Positions 56,585 to 64,000 of a stretch of DNA of 64,000 bases are shown one piece after another. Under the pieces are notes generated by a model. That model did not search any database and was not told where the DNA came from. It worked only from the letters and a program-made list of their open reading frames with translations. The stretch is from NCBI GenBank assembly GCA_033551855.1, contig JAWSUI010000011.1, positions 1 to 64,000 of the forward strand. The letters run 5' to 3'. How positions within the stretch are numbered: the first letter of the stretch is position 1; the number at the start of each line of letters is the position of its first letter. A program made the translations under genes and the position numbers. Origin of the DNA: Deferrisomatales bacterium. GTDB lineage: Bacteria > Desulfobacterota > Deferrisomatia > Deferrisomatales > JACRMM01.

Positions 56585-57093
56585 CCGGGTTTCCCCCGCA
56601 TTGCGGCCCCGAGGTGGAGGGCAAAGAGGGCGAGATAACGGAGGGAGATGATCCCGAAGGCGAAGGGAAGGATGCTTTCGACCACCCAGACGGGGATCCT
56701 CGCGAACGCCGTGGCCCCGGTCCCATAGTCCGAGACCACGAACCTTGCGGCATGGTACGCGATGACCGCCGATACCGCCGCGGTGAACAGGCTGGTTGCC
56801 GACCGGGCCCCGGCCCGCAGGGGGCCGGGCAGCAGGCGGGAGAGGACGTCGATGGAGATGTGGCGGTCCTCGCGGCTGGCCACCAGGGCGCCGAAGAGCC
56901 CCACCCACAGCACCAAGGCCCTCAGGAGGGGGTCCACCCAGATCCACCCGATGTCGAAGGCATTGCGCAGCAGGATCTGCCCTGCGGCCAGCAGCACCAT
57001 GGACCCCACGAGCAGGACCAGCAGGGCGTCCTCCACCCGCCGGAGCACGCGCACCGAGCGGAAGGCGGCCGACTCGAGATGTTCAGCCGCCAC
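56581..57093 (-). CDS. TRAP transporter small permease (DctQ)
   Basis: Four TM helices, QILLRN, W.D...R..VLW and HISID. Confidence 0.9.
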   Translation of the reverse strand: MAAEHLESAAFRSVRVLRRVEDALLVLLVGSMVLLAAGQILLRNAFDIGWIWVDPLLRALVLWVGLFGALVASREDRHISIDVLSRLLPGPLRAGARSATSLFTAAVSAVIAYHAARFVVSDYGTGATAFARIPVWVVESILPFAFGIISLRYLALFALHLGAAMRGKPG

Positions 57094-58123
57094 CGCCGCC
57101 TCCCTGGTGCTGCCGGAACTGCCTGAGGTGCTCCTGGACCATCTCCAGCGTCTCCGGAGAGAAAGCCTGTCGGCCCCCCAGGCGTCTCATGGCTTCGTCG
57201 GCGATGCCCCTCCAGCGTTCGAGCTCGGCAGGCGACTCGGGCTTCACGGCTTCGATCCCCTGCTGCAGCAGGGCCTCCCGGGCACGGCGGTTCCCCTCCC
57301 GGTTGAGCACGTCCAGGCGTGCCAGCGCCGCGCCCATGTGCTCGTGGACCGCCTCCTGGTCCCCCGGGCGCAGCCTCTCGAAGGCTCGCCGGTCGAGCGC
57401 CACCACCCCCACCAGGTAACTGAGCGGCACGTCGGTGAAGTGCTTCACCCGAGTGTGCCACTGGAAGGCGATGGCCCCTGAGGTGGAGGTGGCCACCGTG
57501 TCCACCAGCCGGGTCTGGAGAGCCGTGTACACATCGGCCAGGGGCAGGGGGACCGGGGTGATGCCGGCGACTTCCAGGGCGGTCCGGCTGACCAGGTCCC
57601 CCTCCGGGATCCAGACCTTCTTGCCTTTGAGGTCGTCCACGCGGCGCACCGGGGAGCCCGAGAAGAGGTAGGCGAACCCCCCCTCGCTGATGCCCAGGGC
57701 CACCATGCCCCCCCGGGCGAGCCCTTCCTCGAGGAGCGGGTCCACCCTCTCGCGCACGTAATCGACCTCGTCGTAGGAGCGGAAGAGGAAGGGCAATCCG
57801 TAGATGTCTGTGTCGGGGTAGATCTCGGTGAGGCTCCCGGCCGTGAAGGCGCCCCCCTGCAACTGCCCGGCCCGGATCTTGCGAAGGACCGTCCGGTCGT
57901 TGCCCATCACTCCGCCGGGGTAGAAACGGATCTCGACCCGTCCCTCGGTCGCGGCGGCCACCTCCTCCGCCCCCCTCCGCAGCTCCTGCATCCACGACGT
58001 GCCTTCCGGGGCGAGCGTCGCGATCTTGAGACTGGTCCGGGCCGCGGCGGCCGGTTCGACGACGAAAGGTGCGACGAGACCCAGGGCTACAGCGAGGATC
58101 AGGGTGTTGCGGGGCGGACGCAT
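57083..58123 (-). CDS. TRAP substrate-binding protein (DctP/TatP type)
   Basis: Signal peptide, KIATLAPEGTSW, FYPGGVMG.D, LPFLF and VYTALQT.LVD. Confidence 0.92.
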   Translation of the reverse strand: MRPPRNTLILAVALGLVAPFVVEPAAAARTSLKIATLAPEGTSWMQELRRGAEEVAAATEGRVEIRFYPGGVMGNDRTVLRKIRAGQLQGGAFTAGSLTEIYPDTDIYGLPFLFRSYDEVDYVRERVDPLLEEGLARGGMVALGISEGGFAYLFSGSPVRRVDDLKGKKVWIPEGDLVSRTALEVAGITPVPLPLADVYTALQTRLVDTVATSTSGAIAFQWHTRVKHFTDVPLSYLVGVVALDRRAFERLRPGDQEAVHEHMGAALARLDVLNREGNRRAREALLQQGIEAVKPESPAELERWRGIADEAMRRLGGRQAFSPETLEMVQEHLRQFRQHQGGGGGG

Positions 58124-58148
58124 GGACGGCTCCTTGGGGGAAGGAGAC

Positions 58149-59003
58149 TCAGAAATAGGCATCGGCGCCTTCCAGGAGGGCACGTGCCTGCTGTTGGGCG
58201 AGGACGTTCGAGAGGGTGAGCCCGGGAGCCGCCGGGTCGGCGGCGAGCACCTCTTCGAGGAGCCCGTCGTGGAGCTCCCGGTCGAAGACCAGCCGGGCGT
58301 AGTGACGGGCGAAGAGGACCCGGGCCATGAGGTTGTGGCCTCCCGAGAGCTCGACGGCCCGGCGGAAGTGCTCGCGGCCCTTCTCGGGCCGTCCCCCGAG
58401 GGCCTCGGGCCGCAGGGTGGCCAGGACCCCGAGGTATAGGTGGGCCCCCCCCGCTTCGTGCCCCTCGTCGAGCTCGACCACCCGGGCCATCGCGGCCTCG
58501 ATCTTCGGGAGCTCGGCTACCGCCGACCAGTCCTCGGGGTTGGCCTGGACCCACCCCGCCCAAGCTGCGGCGAAGCCGTACAGGGCAGGCACGTCGTCCG
58601 CTTCGAGCTCCCGCAGCCGGGGGGCGAAAGCTTCGAAGGGGCCTTCGGCTGCGGCACACAGCTCGGGCCGCCGCAGGCACAGGGCCCGGTGGCCGTAGTC
58701 CCGGGCCCGGGCAGCCAGGCGCCGCACCCGCTCCGGGTCGTCCACGAAGGCGGCGGAGTAGGCGCCATAGAGGCGGGCGCCGGCGAGGAGCAGGTTCTCG
58801 CTCCGGGGGTCGCCCTCGATGAGGCCATCCACCATGAGAAGGTAGGCCGGCGCGCCGTCCCGTACGGTCTCCAGGTCGTCCTGGTTGAGGATCGCGGCCG
58901 AGAGGTTCCCGGCCAGGCGGCCCGTGGCCGACGAGACGAGGCCCGCGCAGGCGCCCAGCAGGGGAAGGCCCAGGGCGATGGCGAGCAGGTGCAGGCGCGG
59001 CAT
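58149..59003 (-). CDS. TRAP transporter TatT-family lipoprotein
   Basis: Lipobox LLGAC, D.E.VRDG.PAYLL, AHLYLG, P..LGG.PE....HF.RA, ARLVFDRELHD and N.LAQ..A. Confidence 0.88.
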   Translation of the reverse strand: MPRLHLLAIALGLPLLGACAGLVSSATGRLAGNLSAAILNQDDLETVRDGAPAYLLMVDGLIEGDPRSENLLLAGARLYGAYSAAFVDDPERVRRLAARARDYGHRALCLRRPELCAAAEGPFEAFAPRLRELEADDVPALYGFAAAWAGWVQANPEDWSAVAELPKIEAAMARVVELDEGHEAGGAHLYLGVLATLRPEALGGRPEKGREHFRRAVELSGGHNLMARVLFARHYARLVFDRELHDGLLEEVLAADPAAPGLTLSNVLAQQQARALLEGADAYF

Positions 59004-59534
59004 GGGGCTGTGTCCTCGATCTCGATTCCGGCCAGATGCAGGGCGCGCCGGCGGCGCGTCGGGGCTGCCGCAGGCTCTCTTCCCGTGTCAGGCCTCCCGC
59101 GGAGGAGCGGAAAGACCATTCCTCTCTCAGATCGCACGCCCATCATGCCAGACTGGCGCGACCGTGAAAAGGAAGGTCCCCATCCTGGCTCCGCCGCCCG
59201 GCACGTGCTCGGGCTCGGGGACCCCCTCCGCTCCGCCCCACAATCTGCGATATCCGGACGAGGCGTTGGGGAGGAAGCGGGTACGCCCAGCCTCACTCGT
59301 TTCTGCGGGCTTCGGCCCATCGGTCAAGCCGGTGCGGGGCCGCTCTCCGGATCTCCCAGATCCCGGCCCGCGAAGCGGTGTCGGACTCTGGCCATCCTCG
59401 GTCAGCCCACTGACCTGCCCGTCCCGCTCCCCGCCGGGACGGCGGCGCAGGAGGCGTCGTCGTTCTTGATCCGGCCCCTGCTGGTTTGTTACAAGGAGAC
59501 TTCTCCCCTGTTTCTTTTCACCTTCGGAGGTCCC

Positions 59535-61298
59535 GTGACGACCCATCTCCTCTCCGGCAACGAGGCCATCGCGCGGGGGATCTACGAGGCCGGGGTGACC
59601 GTCGCCTCGGGATACCCCGGCACCCCCTCCACAGAGATTCTCGAGGCGGTGAGCCGCTTCAAGGGGGACATCTACTGCGAGTGGAGCCCCAACGAAAAGG
59701 TGGCCTTCGAGGTGGCGGCCGGGGCCGCCCTGGCCGGCGCCCGGGCCGTGTGCACCATGAAGCACGTGGGGCTCAACGTGGCCGCCGATCCTCTGATGAC
59801 CCTGTCCTACATCGGCACGGTGGGGGGGTTCGTCGCCTGCGTGGCGGACGACCCGGGGCAGCACTCCTCCCAGAACGAGCAGGACACCCGCCACTACGCA
59901 CGGTTCGCAAAGATCCCGATCTTCGAGCCGGCGGACTCCCAGGAGGCCAAGGAGTCGGTGGCCCTCGCCCTGGATGTCTCGGAGCGCTTCGACACCCCCG
60001 TCATCCTGCGCACCACTACCCGGGTGAGCCATTCCCGGGGACTGGTCCGGCTGGGGGAGCGCATCCCGCCCCGGACGGCGGCCTTCGAGCGGAACCCCCC
60101 CCGCTATGTCCCGATCCCCATCTGGGGCCGAAAGATGCGCGTCAAAGTGGAAGAGCGCCTGGGGCGTCTCGCGGAGGAGGCGAGCCGGTCTCGCGCCAAC
60201 CGGATCGAGTGGGCGGACCGGGGGCTGGGCATCGTGGCCGTCGGGGTCGCCTACGGGTACGTGAAGGAGATCTTCCCCGAGGCGTCGATCCTGAAGCTGT
60301 CCTGGTGCTATCCCTTCCCGGACGCCCTGCTTCGGGAGTTTGCGGCGGGAGTGGAGCAGGTGCTCGTGGTGGAGGAGCTCGACGACATCGTCGAGGAGCA
60401 CGTCAAGGCACTGGGGATCCCCTGCCGGGGCAAAGACGTGGTGGCCCGGATCGGCGAGCTCTCGGCCGGGCGGCTCCGGGAGAGCCGCGCCCGGCTCGAG
60501 GGGAGCGACCCGGCCACCGTCGGCGTCCCCTTGGCCGACGAGGCCCAGGACCTGCCGGGGCGTCCCCCCGTGCTCTGCCCCGGCTGCCCCCACCGGGGGG
60601 TCTTCCACGGCTTGGGAAAACTCGACGTGGTGGTGACGGGCGACATCGGGTGCTACAGCCTGGGGGTGTTCCCGCCCCTGAGCCGCACGGACACGATCCT
60701 GTGCATGGGAGCCGGGATCACCATGGCCCACGGCATGGACAAAGCCGGCGAGCCGCGCAAGGTCGTGGGCATCGTGGGCGACTCGACCTTTTTCCACTCC
60801 GGGATTACGGGGCTCCTGGACATCGCATACAACCGCGGGTCCTCCACCATCATCGTGGTGGACAACCGGACCACCGCCATGACCGGCCACCAAGACCATC
60901 CGGGCACGGGCCGCACCCTGATGGGCGAGCCCACGGGGGAGGCCTCCATCGAGGACTTGGGCCGGGCCTGCGGCATCCGACGGGTCGTCACCGTGGACCC
61001 CTACGATCTCAAGGCCACGGCCGGCGTCCTCAAGGCCGAGGTGGAGGCTCCGGAGCCGTCCCTCGTGGTCTCACGAGCCCCCTGTCCCCTTCACACCCGC
61101 AGCCGGCTGGGTCCCGCGCGCTGGATCGACGCCGAGACCTGCGTCCAGTGCGGCAACTGCGTCAAGCTGGGGTGCCCGGCGATCGAGAGCGACGAAGAGT
61201 CCGTGCGGATCAACGAGCTCCTGTGCCTGGGGTGCGGGATGTGCGAGCAGGTCTGCCGCCCCGGCGCGGTGTGGACCGGGGAGGGCGACCGTGGGTGA
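59535..61298 (+). CDS. iorA: Indolepyruvate:ferredoxin oxidoreductase alpha subunit
   Basis: LSGNEAIARG, GYPGTPSTE, MKHVGLNVAAD, SSQNEQD, LCPGCPHR, GDIGCY, GDSTFFHSG and a C-terminal 2x[4Fe-4S] ferredoxin. Confidence 0.95.
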   Translation: MTTHLLSGNEAIARGIYEAGVTVASGYPGTPSTEILEAVSRFKGDIYCEWSPNEKVAFEVAAGAALAGARAVCTMKHVGLNVAADPLMTLSYIGTVGGFVACVADDPGQHSSQNEQDTRHYARFAKIPIFEPADSQEAKESVALALDVSERFDTPVILRTTTRVSHSRGLVRLGERIPPRTAAFERNPPRYVPIPIWGRKMRVKVEERLGRLAEEASRSRANRIEWADRGLGIVAVGVAYGYVKEIFPEASILKLSWCYPFPDALLREFAAGVEQVLVVEELDDIVEEHVKALGIPCRGKDVVARIGELSAGRLRESRARLEGSDPATVGVPLADEAQDLPGRPPVLCPGCPHRGVFHGLGKLDVVVTGDIGCYSLGVFPPLSRTDTILCMGAGITMAHGMDKAGEPRKVVGIVGDSTFFHSGITGLLDIAYNRGSSTIIVVDNRTTAMTGHQDHPGTGRTLMGEPTGEASIEDLGRACGIRRVVTVDPYDLKATAGVLKAEVEAPEPSLVVSRAPCPLHTRSRLGPARWIDAETCVQCGNCVKLGCPAIESDEESVRINELLCLGCGMCEQVCRPGAVWTGEGDRG

Positions 61299-61875
61299 CC
61301 TGGCGATCACGGGCGTGGTGTTGGTGGGCGTGGGGGGGCAGGGGGTGCTCCTCGCCAGTGAGATCACCGCTCGGGCGGCGATCGTGGCGGGCTTCGAGGT
61401 CAAGACCAACGAGGTCCACGGCATGGCCCAGCGGGGCGGTTCGGTCATCGCCCAGGTGCGCTACGGCCCCCGGGTCTGGAGCCCCCTGGTGGAGCAGGGG
61501 ACGGCACGGGTCCTGGGCTCCCTGGAGCGGATCGAGGCCCTCCGTTATCACCAGCTCCTGGCGCCGGAGGGGCTCGCGGTGGTCTCGTCCCAGATGATCG
61601 TGCCCACCACCGTCTCGTCCGGCCAGGCGGTCTACCCGGCGGACGCCGAGGAGCGACTGGCCCGGGTCTTCCCCTCGCTGGTCTACGTGGATGCCCTGGC
61701 GGAGGCTCGAGCCCTGGGGGATGCGCGGGCTGCCAACATCGTGGTTCTGGGGGCCATGTCCACCGCCCTCGATCTGCCGGTTGCGGCCTGGGAGCAGGCC
61801 TTGGGCGAGAGCGTGCGGGCGGAGCATCTCGAGCGGAACCTGCGGGCCTTCCACCGGGGCCGCGAGCTTCCCTGA
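61291..61875 (+). CDS. iorB: Indolepyruvate:ferredoxin oxidoreductase beta subunit
   Basis: GVGGQG, EVHGMAQRGGSV, SPLV, EALR, N.V.LGA and N.RAF..G. Confidence 0.95.
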   Translation: MGDLAITGVVLVGVGGQGVLLASEITARAAIVAGFEVKTNEVHGMAQRGGSVIAQVRYGPRVWSPLVEQGTARVLGSLERIEALRYHQLLAPEGLAVVSSQMIVPTTVSSGQAVYPADAEERLARVFPSLVYVDALAEARALGDARAANIVVLGAMSTALDLPVAAWEQALGESVRAEHLERNLRAFHRGRELP

Positions 61876-61896
61876 CCGGCCCTTCCCGTCCCGCCG

Positions 61897-62286
61897 TCAG
61901 AACTCCTCCAGGATCCGCTTGCGGATGAGGTCCGCGATGGAGTCCACCGCCTGCCGCACCCGCTTGTCCGCGAGGATCCTCTCCCGGAGCTCCTGGTCGG
62001 GGGAGTCCTTGAGGTCGTGCCCCTCCTCGATCATCCGCCGGGCGCCCACCAGGCTCATGCCCTTCGTGTTCACGTAGAAGTCCAGCTTTCGGATCTTCTC
62101 CAGACATTCCGTGGTGTAGCGGCGCTGACCGCCCTGGGTGCGGACGGGCCTCAGGAACCCCGGGATCCTTCGCTCCCAGAGGCGCAGGGTGTGGGGTGGG
62201 ATGTCGGTGAGCTCGCTGGCCTCCTTGATGGAGTATACGGGCGGGTTGGGGTCTTGTACCTCTGCCCCTTCACGGTCGTGGGTCAC
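61897..62286 (-). CDS. MerR-family HTH transcriptional regulator
   Basis: YSIKEASEL..IPPHTLRLWE, P.RT.GGQRRY and GMSL.GA. GTG start with GGAGG RBS. Confidence 0.88.
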   Translation of the reverse strand: MTHDREGAEVQDPNPPVYSIKEASELTDIPPHTLRLWERRIPGFLRPVRTQGGQRRYTTECLEKIRKLDFYVNTKGMSLVGARRMIEEGHDLKDSPDQELRERILADKRVRQAVDSIADLIRKRILEEF

Positions 62287-62405
62287 GTTGCCTCCGGTCG
62301 TCTTTCCCCCGTGGTGTCGGCGGAGCCTTCGCCGGTTCGGTCGGCGCTCCGCCTTTCGTTTTCGGCTCGCCGGTTCCGGGACTCAAGCCCGCCCCGGCTC
62401 CCCGG

Positions 62406-63278
62406 TCACAGGATCTTGTTCAGCGGATACTCGACGATCCCCGTGGCCCCTGTCTTCAGGAGGCGGGGGATGAGCTCCCGCACCACGGCCTCGCCCACCA
62501 CCGCCTCCAAGCTGAGCCAGTCCGAGCGGTACAGGTGGGCGATCGTGGGGGCCTGGAGGCTGGGGAGCAGCTCGATCACGTCCTCCAGCCGGTGACCGGG
62601 GACGTTCATCTTCAGGCCGACCATCCCGTCGGCCTTGAGGGCGCCCTGGAGCAGCAGGGCGAGCTGCTCGATCTTCTCCCGGCGCCAGGGATCGTCCCAG
62701 GCGGCGGGGTTCGCGATCAGCTTGGTGTTGGTCTCCAGGAGGGTCTCGAGGATGCGCAGGCCGTGCGCCTTGATGGTGGAGCCGGTCTCCGTCACCTCCA
62801 CGATGGCGTCGCACAGCCCCTCCACCACCTTGGCCTCCGTGGCGCCCCACGAGAACTCCACATCCACGGAGATGCCCCGCTCCCCGAAGTAGCGCCGGGT
62901 GAAGCCGACGAGCTCGGTGGCGATCTTCTTCCCCGCCAGGTCCTCGGGCCGCTGTGCGGGGCTGTCGGCGGGCACCACGAGCACCCAGCGGGCGGGTCGG
63001 GTGGAGGCCTTGGAGTAGACGAGGTCGCAGACCTCCACCACCTGGGAGTTGTTCTCGAGGATCCAGTCCTTCCCGGTGAGCCCCGCGTCCAGCACGCCGT
63101 CGTGCACGTATCGGCTCATCTCCTGGGCCCTCACCAGGGAGAGCCGCAGGTTGGGGTCGTCCACCGAGGGGAAGTAGTTCCGGGAATTGGCGCGGATCTT
63201 CCAGCCCGCCCGCCGGAAGAGCTGTACCGTGGCCTCTTCGAGGCTGCCCTTGGGAATCCCGAGCTTGAGCGCCTTCAT
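62406..63278 (-). CDS. hisG: ATP phosphoribosyltransferase (long form)
   Basis: [40 protein letters not shown] and a C-terminal regulatory domain (LP.L..PTI). Confidence 0.96.
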   Translation of the reverse strand: MKALKLGIPKGSLEEATVQLFRRAGWKIRANSRNYFPSVDDPNLRLSLVRAQEMSRYVHDGVLDAGLTGKDWILENNSQVVEVCDLVYSKASTRPARWVLVVPADSPAQRPEDLAGKKIATELVGFTRRYFGERGISVDVEFSWGATEAKVVEGLCDAIVEVTETGSTIKAHGLRILETLLETNTKLIANPAAWDDPWRREKIEQLALLLQGALKADGMVGLKMNVPGHRLEDVIELLPSLQAPTIAHLYRSDWLSLEAVVGEAVVRELIPRLLKTGATGIVEYPLNKIL

Positions 63279-63652
63279 GCCTTGTACACCTCTGCCGGGT
63301 CGAACAGCGGGGCGCCCTCCACGACCCAGCGACCATCCTCCACCCTGCGATAAAAGCAGCTGCGATGGCCCGTGTGGCAGGCCGCGCCTCCGACCTGGGT
63401 CACCTTGAGCACCACGGCGTCCGCGTCGCAGTCCACGCGCACCTCCCGCACCTCCTGAACGTGGCCTGACGACTCGCCCTTCATCCAGTAGCGGTCCCGG
63501 GAGCGGCTGTAGAACCACGTCCGGCCGGTCTCCAGGGTTCGCCGGAAGGCCTCCTGGTTCATGTACGCCAGCATCAGCACTTCACCCGTCTCGGCATCCT
63601 GCACGACGGCTGGGACGAGGCCGTCGCCCTTGGAAAAATCCAACTCGTTCAT
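63275..63652 (-). CDS. hisI: Phosphoribosyl-AMP cyclohydrolase
   Basis: [21 protein letters not shown]...W.KGESSG, DCDAD and ACHTG..SCFY. Confidence 0.96.
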   Translation of the reverse strand: MNELDFSKGDGLVPAVVQDAETGEVLMLAYMNQEAFRRTLETGRTWFYSRSRDRYWMKGESSGHVQEVREVRVDCDADAVVLKVTQVGGAACHTGHRSCFYRRVEDGRWVVEGAPLFDPAEVYKA

Positions 63653-63680
63653 GGAATCCTCGGGAAAGGAGGGGCTTGGG

Positions 63681-64000
63681 TCATCGGGCCAGGAGCCGGG
63701 GAGCCCCCAGCGTACCCCGGATCCGAGCCGTGTAGCGGCCATCTGAGGCCCGGGCCCCGGGGAAGATCGCGAAGAGCAGAGCAAGGTCCTGGGAGACTTG
63801 GTCGTCGGGCCGCAGGGAGAGCACACCGTTCACCAAGCTGCGGGTCGGATCCGGCCGCAGCAGCACGCTGCCCGAGAGCTCGACGCCCAGGTCGCCGCCC
63901 TCGAAGACCGCCGACTCGACCTCGAGCCTGCCCCCGTCGGCGACCAGCCGGAGGCGGCCGTTACCGAGCCCCACAGGGGGAACGGGGAACCCGAAGGCCT
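63681..64000 (-). CDS. Type II secretion system protein GspN-like, C-terminal part (runs off the window)
   Basis: GGDL..ELSG.V.L......S...G.L.L.P and I.GTL..P resemble deltaproteobacterial GspN C-termini. Partial gene. Confidence 0.55.
   Translation of the reverse strand, partial: AFGFPVPPVGLGNGRLRLVADGGRLEVESAVFEGGDLGVELSGSVLLRPDPTRSLVNGVLSLRPDDQVSQDLALLFAIFPGARASDGRYTARIRGTLGAPRLLAR

Noticed and set aside
1..64000. CRISPR array, prophage, retron/reverse transcriptase or other defence system
   Set aside because: No regularly spaced direct repeats were seen, and no cas, phage, RT or nuclease-effector motifs were recognised in any ORF.

Overview
A 64-kb chromosomal window from a high-GC bacterium (roughly 70% GC by eye). 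Gene content suggests a deltaproteobacterium of Desulfobacterota/Deferrisoma type (inference). It is mostly metabolic and housekeeping: a glycine-cleavage operon led by a GcvT-GlyA fusion, a heme/cytochrome c cluster (sirC-ccsA-hemA-hemC-cobA/hemD-radical SAM-hemE), gmhA, corA, tRNA-Gly(CCC), hup, a TPAT-type TRAP transporter, iorAB, hisGI and the 3' end of gspN. No transposase, integrase, prophage or CRISPR array was seen. Four things stand out. (1) A four-gene operon (4481-8853) resembles mycothiol/bacillithiol biosynthesis (MshA-like glycosyltransferase plus PIG-L deacetylase) but has no MshC/BshC ligase; it carries a Fem-like GNAT and a peptidase S51 fused to a CysRS-type C-terminal domain, hinting at a tRNA-dependent route to a new glycoside thiol. 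(2) Two ungapped, ~87% identical copies of a ~200-nt structured intergenic element with 6S-RNA-like features lie 20 kb apart and share an upstream SigB/SigF-like motif. (3) A cfa-like methyltransferase plus geranylgeranyl-reductase-like pair may make methyl-branched fatty acids. (4) At least six eroded or deletion-fused gene remnants are present. All product calls come from motif recognition by eye, not database searches; start codons are best estimates.
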